DNA of 64,000 bases from Octopus sinensis (lineage: Eukaryota): positions 31,620,001 through 31,684,000 of the forward strand of contig NC_043014.1 of assembly GCF_006345805.1 (NCBI RefSeq). The letters run 5' to 3'. Under the pieces are notes generated by a model. The model worked only from the letters and a program-made list of their open reading frames with translations, did no database searches and was not told the DNA's origin. Each line of letters starts with the position of its first letter. Within the stretch, counting starts at the first letter, position 1. Shown here piece after piece: positions 13,196 through 25,712 of this stretch. The position numbers and the translations under genes are program-made.

Positions 13196-14339
13196 TTAAA
13201 GAAACCAACCCAACACTGGTTGTCAAGCAGTGGGTGGGTGGGGAAGGGCTACACAACCCCCTCACACACACACATGTGTGTGTGTGTGTATTCATATATC
13301 AATGGCAGGATTCTTTCAGTTTTCATTTACAAAATCCACTGAGAAAGCTTTAGTTGGCCCAAAGCTATAGTAGGAGAAACATGTGCAAGGAATCATGCTG
13401 TGGGACTGAACCCAAAATAATGTTCGGAAGCAAACTTGTTACCACACATTCATACCTGTCTGTATTAAAAGGAAAGAAGGTAAATATTTAATGAGAGAGT
13501 TCAAAGAATGGAAGTATTCAGTAAATAAAACCATTTCAGATTAATACAGGCTTGTTTTTTACTACCTATAGATGTACATATATATAAAAAGCATCCATGC
13601 AGGTACCATGTGAACAGTTCCTGTGCTGGTGCCATGTAAAAAGCACCGATGATGGTGCCATGTAAAAAGCACCTGTGTTGGTACCACATAAAAAGCACAT
13701 TTGCTGGTACCACTTATAAAGCACTGGTTCTGGTGTCACATAAAAAAAGCACCCAGTGCACTCTGTAGAATGGTTAACATTTGAAGGGCATCGAGCCAGA
13801 GAAATCATACCAAAGCAGGTCAATATAAGCCTGGCGCAATTCTCCACCTTGCCAGCTCCTGTCAAATCATCCAACCCATATCAGCATGGAAAATGGATGT
13901 TAAACGATGATGATGATGACGACATATAATTCACATATACATATATGATTGATAACTCTGTGAGGTAAACAGATCATGTCTTTATGCAGTTATAATGCAT
14001 AGAAGTATTTGTTTATAACAAAAGAACCTATTTTGCTTGTATATGGTTAAATGATGGTCTGAATAGAAATTGTCAGAAAGTATTGTTATATATATTGTTA
14101 TTAATATTTATTGATGTGGTGGCAATCTGGCAGAATTGTTAGCATGTTGCACAAAATGCATACAGGCATTTTGTCTGTCTATATGCTCTCAGTTCAAATT
14201 CTTCCAAGGTTGACTTTGCCTTTCACCCTTTCAGAGTCAACGAAATAAGTACCAGTTGAACACTGGGGTCAATGTAATCAACTAGCTGTCCTCCAAAATC
14301 TTAAGCCTTGAATTCTATAAGGTATGGACTCATACAAAG

Positions 14340-14556
14340 TTTGAATTGTTTTTCAGCCCTCCTGTGAAATCTGGCTTTGAGCACCTCCTGGTGAACAGTT
14401 TTTGTGGAAACTGGGTCCTCAAAGTGGTCATGAATCTCTGCAGTAATTTTGGAAGCTGTACTTTTGTGATCCTTTCTAACAATTTGTGTAAGAGTCTGAC
14501 AGTCCCTATCTGAAAGTTTTGGTCTTCTTCCGGAGTTTTGTTTTGACGAGGAGGTT
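14340..14556 (-). mobile_element. Tc1 transposase N-terminal (HTH) fragment
   Basis: SGRRPKLSDRDCQTLTQIVRKDHKSTASKITAE...VSTKTVHQEV, a typical Tc1 GRPR/HTH_Tnp_Tc3_2 region. Confidence 0.8.
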
Positions 14557-14805
14557 GTGTCCTTGAGCAAGACACTATATTTTCATGTTGCTCCAGTTCA
14601 CTCAGCTGGCAAAAATGAGTTGTACCTGTATTTCAAAGGGCCAGCCCTGTCACACAACTGTGTCATGCTGAATCTCCCTGAGAACTACGTTAAGAATACA
14701 CATGTCTGTGGAATGCTCAACCACTTGCATTTTAATTTCACAAGCAAGCTGTTCTGTTGATCATATCAGCTATCAATTGGGACTCTTATTGTTATCAATG
14801 GAGTG
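14555..14805 (+). mobile_element. Additional SINE family with CORE-like block, 5' truncated
   Basis: gttgtgtccttgagcaagacact...ccagttcactcagctg...aaatgagt CORE-type motif. Confidence 0.55.
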
Positions 14806-14860
14806 CTCCTTTATGTGTGTATGTGTGTGGTGTGTATGTATATATATATATATATATAGA

Positions 14861-15352
14861 TATAATAATAAGGGTTTTTTGCAACAAGTTGCTTAATCAC
14901 ATACCGAAAATTTTAGAAATAGCAGCCAAAAGACTACTATTTCCTTTTACCACAAAAATAAGTCTCCACAGACAACAATATTTGTAACTCACATATGGCA
15001 AAAAAAGAAGAAAAATAATGAAATCACACAATCATGAAATCACCAAATCTTCATTAAATCACATCCCATGGTCTGAACCCAAAGACTGTGTGATTTCATT
15101 ATTTTTCTTCTTTTTTTGCCATATGTGAGTTACAAATATTGTTGTCTTTGGAGACTTATTTTTGTAGTAAAAGGAAATAGTAGTCTTTTGGCTGCTATTT
15201 CCAAAATTTTTGGTATATGGTTTAAGCAACTTGTTGCAAAAAACCCTTATTATTATAATTATATAAATTTTTATCGAATATGGTCCTTTTCCATACCGAA
15301 ATACTACTAGGTGAAATTTGTTGATTTTATTAAATTAATTATATTTTACCCT
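14861..15352. mobile_element. Long asymmetric inverted repeat, probably a Penelope-like pLTR remnant
   Basis: ~170-bp arms (14861-15030 vs 15087-15258) with a one-sided 3' extension, set in a (TA)n context. The same family end forms another inverted repeat at 44790-44990. Confidence 0.65.
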
Positions 15353-15552
15353 AGATAGATAGATAGATAGATAGGGAGGTAGATATATTTGTGTGTGTGT
15401 GTGTGTGTATGTATATATATATATATATATATATGTGATGATGATGATATATATTGTTAAATTTGGTGTTGGTCATTTTTTTTTCTTACCAAATAAGCAC
15501 ACACACTATATATTCATTCTTTACTTGTTTATTATTGTTCTTATTTTATCCA

Positions 15553-15598
15553 TTGTCTGGAAATCTTTCGTCACACATCTGTAACCTTTTCAGCAACA
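15553..15598 (-). ncRNA. Degenerate minimal hammerhead ribozyme candidate
   Basis: CUGAAAA-G-GUUAC-agaugu-GUGAC-GAAA-GAUU-UC-cagac. Stem II and GAAA are correct, but G8 is A and stem I is weak. Confidence 0.4.
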
Positions 15599-17077
15599 CT
15601 TCTATCCCACGTGTATCCTCCTGTTCTGTTTAGTCCATTAGTAAGTAAATATATAGTGCACGTCTTTATTTGGCAGCAAAAAAAATAAAAAGGATTATCC
15701 TAACTATAACAATATCTGTTTTGAACCACCACCAGTTGTAATACAAATGTGCTCAACCCACTGAGAAAACCTGGCCTGTTAGATACAGCTACTAAATCTT
15801 CATTAAATCATATCCCATGGTCTTAAAAATAAAACTTTTGATAAAGTAGTCCAAGAAATAATTACAATATCTGAAAGAAAGGATATTCATGTCTGACATG
15901 TCTTAATCATTGGTCTGTTTGATCAATAGATTGACCAAGGGCTAAACTACTTATCAGCAGTAGCATTGTTGTAACTATTTTGACCACCACCACTACTACC
16001 ACCATTACAAACCAATGAGAAGTCACTATGTGGTTACTTGATTTGCTGGAAGTAATAGCCAAATCTTCCTCAGACCATACCCTACTGTCTTAAAAAGAGC
16101 AAGATTGGGTTGGGTTTCCTGTAAATACTCTTTTACTTGTTTCAGTTACTGGGCTGTGGCCAAGCTGGGACACTACCTTGAAGGGAATTACATGATTATT
16201 TCAACTACAGGACTTAGCTTTTAAGTCTGGTACTTGCCTTTTTTTTCCAGTTGATGTTAACACAAAGACAGACACAAACACACACATGCGCTCACACACA
16301 CACACACACACACATACACACACTCCTGTAAATACATTCATACATACATGCAAACATATACATACATTTATATGTATGTACATATATGTGTGATTGTGTG
16401 AGAGAGAGAGGGGGGTTCTATACAGTTTCCATATCAATTTCACTCTGAAATTTTATAGTAGATGTCATAGAATAGGGCCAGACCCAAGACTTTATGGTTA
16501 TAGGATGAATTTCTTATCACACAGCCATACCTGTTCCTATAGAGAAAATGACAGGATGGTTATATCTGGAATGCCTTTGATCATTGATCTGTTCAATAAA
16601 TGTTGATTTGGGTGGGTCTAAACAGAAATAACAACCATCCACCATTACCATCACCATCACACTAGAACCACCATTGTCCTTCTCCATCTGCAGCTCAACC
16701 ATCAACATCATTGACAACATTATCACCACCACCACCACCACCATCACAACCACCACCACCACCACCACCACCACCACCACCACCACCACCACCACCACTG
16801 CTGCTGCTGCTATTATCTGCCATCATCAATACTGCTTACCCTTTGTTCCCCACCCTGTATTGAGGTAAACCATCTATTTCCAATCTACTGCTGCCTCTTT
16901 GGACCTCTCCCTGACCTCCACCCATCTCTAGGGATTAATCTGTTTTTCAGCAACGCATGATTCCTTTAAAATTCCATCATTAGATATTTATCAAATTATG
17001 ATAGTGGATCCAAGATTTTTCTCATTGTCGTCATCATCATCATCCTCACCACCACCACCACCACCACCACCACCACC

Positions 17078-17108
<31 letters not shown>

Positions 17109-17682
17109 CCATCATCATCATCATCTTCCTCCTCCTCTCTCCTCCTCCTCCCTCCACCATCATTCCCACCATGTATCCATAGTCTATCATTGTTATTCTT
17201 AGTGTTGTTTCAGTAGTAAGGCTGTGAGCTGGCAGAATCATAAGCATGCCAGGCAAAATGCTTAGCAGTATTTCGCCTGTCTACTACACATTCTGAGTTC
17301 AAATTCTGCCAAGGTTGACTTTACCCTTTAATCCTTTTGAGGTTGATAAAACAAAACAAGAACCAGTTGAGTACTGGGGTTGATGAAATTGACTTTCCCT
17401 TTCTCCAGAAGTTGCTGGCCTTGTGCCAAAATTTGAAACCAACAATATTTCAGTAGAAGAACGTGGTGAGCTAACAGAATCATCTGTGCAGTGGACAAAA
17501 TGCTTAGTGGCATTTCTTTTGGCAATATGTTCTGAGCTAAAATTCCTCCAAAATCAACTTTGCCTCTCATTCTTTCGGGGTCGATAAAATAAGGACCAGT
17601 TATGCATAATATCAATGTAATCAACTAGTCCCTTCCTCCAAAACCTCAGGACTCTGTGCCTGCAGTAGACTGGATTATTTAG

Positions 17683-18403
17683 CAGTGATTCTCAACCAGG
17701 GTCCATATAAGATTTTATTGCTAAAGTTTATGTGCAATAAATTGTGAGTAAGGCGGTAAGCTTGCAGAAAGGTTAGCACAGTGGGAGAAATGCTTAGTGG
17801 TATTTCGTCTTTCTTTACGTTCTGAGTTCAAAATCTGCTGAAGTAGACTTTACCTTTCAACCTTTTGGGGTTGATAAATTAAATACCTATTTCTTTACTA
17901 CCCACAAGGGGACACACAGAGAGGACAGACAAATGGATTAAGTCGATTATATCGACCCCAGTGCGTAACTGGTACTTATTTTATCGACCCCAAAAGGATG
18001 AAAGGCAAAGTCGACCTCGGCGGAATTTGAACTCAGAACGTAGCGGCAGATGAAATACTGCTAAGCATTTCACCCGGTCTGCTAACAATTCTGCCAGCTC
18101 GCCACCCTTGATAAATTAAATACCAGTTGTGTATTAAGGTCGATCTAATCGACTGGCCTGTTCTCCCAAAATTTCAGGCTATGTGCCCAGAGTAGAAAAG
18201 AATAAATTGGTTATTCTTCAACAGAATATTTTAACAATTCTTTTATGTGCAATTCCTAATATTATAAAAATTTATGCATTTCCTAATAATTATAAAAATT
18301 CAGTAGGATTTTTTTTTATATACATTGAATAGCTATGGTGGTCCAGAGGAGTAAAATAGGAATCAAAGGAGTCCATAGGAAAAAGAATGGGTGAGAACCA
18401 CTG
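17683..18403. mobile_element. hAT (Charlie-like) MITE containing two nested SINEs
   Basis: TIRs cagtgattctcaacc / ggtgagaaccactg. Inner SINE (+) at ~17750-18200 with TSD aataaattg. Innermost SINE B (-) at 17888-18107 with 17-bp TSD ttgataaattaaatacc. Confidence 0.8.
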
Positions 18404-19734
18404 ATTTAGGCAATGGATGACAGTATAGATAAAGTATCAGACATCTCTTTGGTTACCATCTCTTTGCAACCTTGTTTTTAACTTTTATGAAGGACAATCA
18501 AAAAGTACATACCTGTTGAATTCTTCTGGGTTCATCAATGCCTTTCATCTTTCAGGGTCAATGGAATAAAGTACCAGTCATATACTGAGTTAATTTGGTC
18601 AGCTACACACCTATGTACTGATCTTGAGGGGCTGCAGTTCATGAGAGATGACAAAAGGCCACAAGTGGTGGCAAGATGTTGTGCCACACAAAACCTGCTC
18701 AACCTCAATAGGCATTGTAAAGTGGACATAAACTGGTAATGGTGATGGTTATGATGATGACGATGATGATAATGACGGCAACGATGATGATGGAATAATG
18801 GTGATGATAATGATGACATTGTCAGTGGTGATTATGGTGTCACTGCCGCTGCTGTTGTTGTTGTTAAGCAACAAGACGGGTAAGGGTGATTAGGTGATGG
18901 TCTAGGGCTTAGGGGCGGGAGACCCCAGACCATGGAAAAAAAAAACTTTGGTTGGCTTGTAGTCGAGGGCTCTTCGTTGACGCCTGACACCACTGGGAGG
19001 TGGCCCTTGAAGTCGCTGGAAATGGAGATCTCCAGGTCCAAATTCTTGAACGGCTGCTGTTGCTGCTGCTACTGCTGTGATGACAAGGATGATGATGATG
19101 ATGATGATGAAGAGGACGAGAAGGAGGAGGAGGAAAACAATGATAAGAAGACGATGAGGATGATGAGGGTGTTGATGATGTTGATGATGACAACAACAAC
19201 AAACAATGATAATGATGATAACAATAATGAGGTTGATGATGAAAGTGGTAGTGGTGGCAGTGATGATTATGGCAGAAGTGGTGGTGGTGGTAGTATTAGT
19301 GATGGTGGTGGAGGTAGTGATAAGTTATCATTCAGGCATCTATCGTTATTATTGACATTGTTATTGTTATCAAGTTATTCAACAGTCTGTTATTCCACAA
19401 GGATGGAATCAAAATCGGATATGGCAGTTTCTATGTTTAATTAGTGTCTATACAGGCTATATATCTATGGAGCTGAAGGTGGAGAAACCATAGTTGGCCA
19501 GGACGATTGCATTTCAAACAGTAGACTGAAAGATTCATGGTTCAAATCTCATTACTATTGCTGCACTTTATTTGTAAACAAAGATGCTCTACTCTCAAAT
19601 GATTCCAGTCCACTTAACTGTAAATGGTTCTAGGAGTGAGATAGTTATCTAGATAAAGTTTTTTGGAGCATATGCTCATAGATAATGAGATCGAATATGA
19701 CACTGGCATTTTATTGTTCCTCTGAGAATAGTAT

Positions 19735-20147
19735 TTTACTCTCTTTTACTTGTGTCAGTCATTTGACCGTGGCCATGCTGGAGCACCGCCTTTAGTCGAG
19801 CAAATCGACCCTAGGACTTATTCTTTGTAAGCCTAGTACTTATTCTGTCGGTCTCTTTTTGCCGAACCACTAAGTTATGGGGATGTAAACACATCAGCAT
19901 CGGTTGTCAAGCGATGTTGGGGGGACAAACACAAACACACAAACATATACACACGTCCGTACATATATATATATATATATATACATATATATGATGGGTT
20001 TCTTTCAATTTCCGTCTAGCAAATCTACTCACAAGTCTTTGGTCGGCCTGAGACGATAGTAGAAGACACTTGCCCAAGGTGCCACGCAGTGGGACAGAAC
20101 CCAGAACCATGAGGTTCGTAAGCAAGATACTTACCACACAGCCACTA
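19735..20147 (-). mobile_element. tRNA-derived SINE family A
   Basis: Near-complete match to the family A blocks. Confidence 0.9.
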
Positions 20148-20966
20148 AAAAAAAGCACAACACACTGCCTAGTCTAGGAATTGAAACCACAATTTCAGCA
20201 CTCTAAGCACCAGGCCACGTGCCCTCATATATATAAATCCTCCTCCTCTTCTTTTGAAATATTCCATTATACACCTGTATCTCACATCTTACCTGCTAAA
20301 TGTGATGAAGCCAAAAGTAAGTTCATACACCTCTGGTTCAATGAATGTTCTTGAAGATATTCATGCTATAAGTAGTTGTTGTTTTGACATTAGTTCCATC
20401 TAAACTGAGTTATAATTTCGGAAAGAGCAGAGCAGGAACCAAACAGGGAGCTCTTCATAGTAATTCAATCTGCTAGAAATAGCAAGCAAATCTCTGCCAA
20501 AACACACTTTACTGTCTTAAAATGAAAGAACACATTTCTTCATGTAATCATACTTACAATTATGTTTGGAAAGATGGTAAGGTTATAACTGGAATGTATT
20601 TGGTTATAGGTGTGCTCAGTTAGAGCTCATCTGAGGCTATATCATAAAAACAGTGATCACCATAGTATCACCATTGAAGATTGTTTTTTTTTTTATTTGC
20701 ATTTGCTCTATTTTTTTTAGCAATTTCATATCTTTTGATAACTACAATTTGGATTGTATGAATTAACTCAGGTGACCCGTGCATTAGAAACCGACTATGT
20801 GGCACCTTAGACAAATATCTTCTGCTATAGTCTTGGGCCAACTAAAGTCTTGAGAGTGGATTTGGTAGACAGAAACTGAATGGAGCCTGTTGTGTGTGTA
20901 TGTATGTATATGTATATGTTATATATATATATGTATATATATATATCTATATATCTATATATATAT

Positions 20967-21004
<38 letters not shown>

Positions 21005-21005
<1 letters not shown>

Positions 21006-21692
21006 TCGTGGCCTCTACCTGGGATGTAGCCAGTCGACTTATGCATACCTTTCCTTCTTGGGACACAAAACTCCACTTGTGAAGACCCATTGAGGAAGTG
21101 AAAATCAAATCAGATATCAGAAATCGGAACCAAAATCGAAGTCGATCAACATCAATGGAAATTGCAGTGATACCAATGCCAGTGACACGTAAGCGAACCA
21201 TCCAATCGTGGCCGTTGCCAGCGCCGCCCTGACTGGTCTCCGTGCCGGTAGCATGTAAAAAGCACCATCCGATCGTGGCTGTTGCCAGCCTCGCCTGGCC
21301 CCCATGCCGGTGGCACGTAAAAAGCACCACCTGACCGTGGCCGTTGCCAGCGCTGCCCTGACTGGCCTCCGTGCCGGTGGCACGTAAAAAGCACCATCCG
21401 ATCGTGGCCGTTGCCAGCCTTGTCTTGCCCCCGTGCCGGTGGCACGTAAAAAGCACCATCCGTCCGTGGCTGTTTGCCAGCCCCATCTGGCACCTGTGCG
21501 GGTAAAACGTAAAAAGTACCCACTACACTCACGGAGTGGTTGGCGTTAGGAAGGGCATCCAGCCGTAGAAATACTGCCAGATCAGACTGGGCCTGGTGCA
21601 GCCTTCTGGCTTTCCAGACCCCAGTTGAACTGTCCAACCCATGCTAGCATGGAAAGCGGACGCTAAATGATGATGATGATGATGATGATGAT
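21005..21692 (+). mobile_element. RTE LINE 3' UTR fragment with ~60-bp VNTR and (GAT)n tail
   Basis: Homologous to the 3' UTR of the RTE at 58385-60060. Unit gtgccggtggcacgtaaaaagcaccatccgatcgtggccgttgccagc; tail ...ccaacccatgctagcatggaaagcggacgctaaa(tga)n. Confidence 0.85.
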
Positions 21693-21694
21693 TC

Positions 21695-21892
21695 GGTAGC
21701 CATGATAAAACTCTGAGTTTCGGATGTTGGGGCGGAAACCCATGCCGCCATCTCTTTTTACCCCGACATCCGAAACTCAGAGTTTTATCATGGCTACCAG
21801 ATAATTGTCACATATTATATTTACAGATAAATTCTTCTATTTACATAATATTGAGGTCTCTTTCATTCTTTTGTTGTCTTACCATTTCTATG
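21695..21892 (+). mobile_element. Penelope-like inverted-repeat remnant with the 3' half of a hammerhead-like motif
   Basis: 38-bp inverted arms (21695-21732 / 21761-21798) plus 3' extension. The minus strand reads aga-gaug-gcgg..ccgcc..cauc-c-GAAA-CUC-agag, and the CUGA part is missing. Confidence 0.5.
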
Positions 21893-22619
21893 AATTTTCC
21901 ATAAGAAACATGTTTGGCCATGGGGAAATATTATCTTCCTTGGAAGCAGGTGTTGGTTGGTGACAGGAAAGGCATTCAGTCATAAAAAAATCTACCTCAA
22001 CAAATTCTGTGTAATCCATGCAAGTATGGATAAGTGAATGTTAAATGATGATGATGATGATGATGACAATGCAATGATGATGATGATATATATATCTTAA
22101 CACTGGCTACCTTGTGTAAGGAAAAGTTCCTTTCAAAGAAAAACTATTATGTGTCACATCTATTATTTATAACATTACTCTGTTTGTCATGACATGCATG
22201 GGTGTTATACCCTTAACAAACTTATCTATGGAATGAATTTGAAGATGTTATCAAAATCTTTAACATTATGAAATAATATAGTAAAGATCTATAAATATAT
22301 GATTCAAAATCAAAATAAGAACATTTACAAAACAAGGAATTACCATAGGTACCACCAGTTATTATTATTGGTTTCAAATTTTGGCTCAAATTCAGCAATT
22401 CCAAGAGAGAGTGCAAGCCGACTAAATTGATCCCTAGTCCTCAATTCATACTTATTTTATCAATTCCAAAAGGATGAAAGGCAAAGTCGACAATGGCAGA
22501 ATTTGAACTCAGAATATAAAGATGGAGGAAATGCTGCTAAGCATTTTTGCCTGGCATGCTGATGTTTCTGCCAGCTCACTGCCTTGATGATGATGATGAT
22601 GATGATGATAATAATAATG

Positions 22620-22660
<41 letters not shown>

Positions 22661-22663
<3 letters not shown>

Positions 22664-22980
22664 TATGTACATTATTTACATTCGACGGATAGTTGTCCTC
22701 ATCTTCTTTGTTGTTAACACAACGTTTTGGCTGATATACCCTCTAGCCTTCCTCAGATGTCTTGGGGAAATTTCCTTAGGAATTAGAAAATTACCTTAAT
22801 TAGGAAATTACCTTAGGAATGAGAACCCAGTTTCAAAATTTCCCCAAGACACCTGAAGAAGGCTGGAGGGTATATCAGCCGAAACATTGTGTTAATAACA
22901 AACAAGTTGAGGACAAATATCTGTCAAATGTAAATAATGTAAATAATGTACATAATTCCTCATCTCTTAAATATAAAAAC
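22661..22980 (+). mobile_element. Penelope-like element remnant: inverted pLTR arms each containing a hammerhead
   Basis: Arms 22661-22772 and 22837-22957 plus 3' extension, inserted at an (AAT)n tract. Same family at 40276-40434. Confidence 0.8.
22848..22893 (+). ncRNA. Minimal type I hammerhead ribozyme (second copy on minus strand, 22716-22761)
   Basis: gacac-CUGAAGA-a-GGCUG-gaggguauau-CAGCC-GAAA-C(A/G)-U-U-guguu. Stems I and II pair, and the stem III consensus ACGU is palindromic. Confidence 0.8.
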
Positions 22981-23742
22981 TATAATAATTATGGTTTCAA
23001 ATTTTGGCACAAGGCCTGTAGTTTCAGGGTAGAGGGCAACTCAATTACATTGACTCCAGTGTTTAGCTGTACTTATTTTATTAATTCTGAAAGAATGAAA
23101 GGCAAAGTCGACCTTGATGGAATTTGAACTCAGAACATAAAGACAGATGAAATGCTGCTAAGCATTTAGCCCAGTGTATCAATGATTCTGTCAGCTCACT
23201 GCCTTACCAATTATTATTATTACTACTGTTGCTAAGGCAGCAAGCTGGTAGAATTCTTAGAGCATTGGAAATAAACGTTTTGATGTTTCACTGAATTTCT
23301 TCTTATATGCTACATTTTTTTGAGTTCAAATTCTGTTGAGTCAGTTTTTACCTTTCATTCTTCTGAAGCTGATAAAATATGTACCAACTGAGCACTGGGG
23401 GTCAATGTAGCTGTCTTACACCCATACCCAAAAATAGCTGGCATTGCCAAAATTTGAAACCATTATTAGTAATATTGCGGTACTGTAGTCTGAAGCTTTT
23501 GTATTTACTTATACAATATATGATAGTGCACTGTAAAAGCACCCATACAAGTGTCATGCGAGTGCCTATGCTGATGCCACATAAAAGCGCCCAGTACTCT
23601 CTGTACAGTGGTTGGCATTAGGAAGGGCATCCAACTATAGAAACCATGCCAAAATAGACAAATGGAACTTGGTCAGCTGGAAAGCTGACCAACTCCTGTC
23701 AAACAATCCAACATATGCCAACACAGAGAACGGATGTTAAAA

Positions 23743-23794
<52 letters not shown>

Positions 23795-24002
23795 GTGATG
23801 TTGTTGATGATGATGATGATGATGATGGTAATACAAGTAAAAGCAAGGATTTTGTTTCTGCTGGAACATGAAGACATTGTAATTAAGCAGAGTCAACTAG
23901 CTTAGCTGACTACTAGCATGCAAGAAACTGGATGTTGGTCATTTACATATATATATATATATGTGTATACATACATACATGCATACATACATACATACAT
24001 AC

Positions 24003-24036
<34 letters not shown>

Positions 24037-24995
24037 TAATGTATGTATGTATGTATGTATGTATGTATGCATGTATGTATGTATGCATGTATGTAGGAAT
24101 GTATGTATATGTACACATTTCTGAATGCTACATCATGTAAAGTAAATTTCTGATTGAAGAATTTCCTGTCTCATGTCAGTCATTATTACAAGCAGTGTCG
24201 CATGTCTGAAGATTGAGTTTTGGAATTTTCTTCTACAACATTCCTTTACAATGCAATAATAATAATGTCTGTTTAATTCTCATCACACCCTTCACCAGAT
24301 CTAGTGGTGTCAACCATTTCGAGCGACCCACATGCGAGAAGCCAGTATTGATATGCATTCAAATATATGCATCGACATTTGTGAATTCTACATGCAAGAA
24401 AAGATGCCTGTTAAAGAAGAATTTACTCATTCCAGTCAATAATATTTCATCTAAATTCTAAGCCACTTCTCAAAGCAGAAGCAGAATCTAATTTCAGAAT
24501 TTTGTTTGCTACAGAGTTGATGCCGCTATCATTAATCTTAACCAATGCCGTCCCAATCAACTTTTATTATATTTCTGCCCTAACCCACTGCCGACACCCT
24601 CCAACCCCCACCTCAACAACAACAACAACAACAACAACACTGCTGCCTGACCACAACCACTATCACTACAATCTAGTTACTATCCAATCTCTATCGCAAC
24701 CACCCAATCGCCATCTCTGTCTCCACTACCACCGTTCAGTTATTCCACTTAGTTATATATTCATATATATGTGTATGTATATATATGTGTGTGTGTGTGC
24801 TTGTGTGCATATGTTTAAACACACACACATATATATATATAGATAGATATATACACACATACATCTATATATATATTTATACACACACACACATACTGTC
24901 ATATATATATATTTATATATATGCTTTTAAAGACTCTTGTCTTGACTACTGTATTGTGCTGTTGCAGTTGCTGCCACCACCACCACCACCATGAC

Positions 24996-25034
<39 letters not shown>

Positions 25035-25084
25035 CATTATGCCATTACTTGTTATCAATGTTGTAACTAGTTTAATTATGCTTC

Positions 25085-25712
25085 CCACAGGACCACGCAA
25101 CCCAAGATCTTGCTTGGATGAGAATCTTTCTTGTACCTTTTCCTATTAAGATCCCTCCCATGCTGTTGTTCATAATCTGCCCTTACTTTATATCAAGGAA
25201 TTTTTGGATAATTCTTGCTGATTCAAGCAAACAATGGAGACCAAGCTTTCCAAGGTTTACTCTCAAATTCTTTATCATTCTTTATCACAGTTTCCATAGC
25301 TCCCAATAATAATTGGTCAGATCATGACACTGGCATCTTCTTTATTCCGCATTTGAGAATTTCATGCTTAAAATCAGTGTAAAATTTTACTTTCTTCTTC
25401 TTTCTTCATCTCATATCAAATGGCATGCCATATTAATTACAAGACATTTTCTTCTTATCAATGACTACAATATCAAGCTCACTGTGGTCTATTGTTCTTT
25501 CAGTTTGCAAAGAAAAAAATCCCATAACAGCCCCATTTCTTCATTTTCAAGGACTTTCATATTTGTTCCTAGTGAATGATTATTGCTCTTTTCTGTACAT
25601 GCAAAGCTAAGCCTCCTGTCAAATTTCCAGTGAATTATTACAGCAATTCTCTTGTGTCTATTCTTTTTGCATTTATTTTGCCCAAACTGTGTTTTCTGAT
25701 GTGATGTGAACT
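25085..25712 (-). mobile_element. R4/Dong-clade non-LTR retrotransposon 3' fragment, heavily decayed
   Basis: RIAVIIHWKF...KVLENEEMGLLWDFF.QTERTIDHSELDIVVIDKKK...YTD...IIG...ESARIIQKFL matches the R4/Dong REL endonuclease region. Confidence 0.8.

Noticed and set aside
18905-19055. RRQRR/ALD furin-like site resembling a TGF-beta junction in one minus frame
   Set aside because: The frame stops ~20 codons later with no cysteines, so it is coincidental
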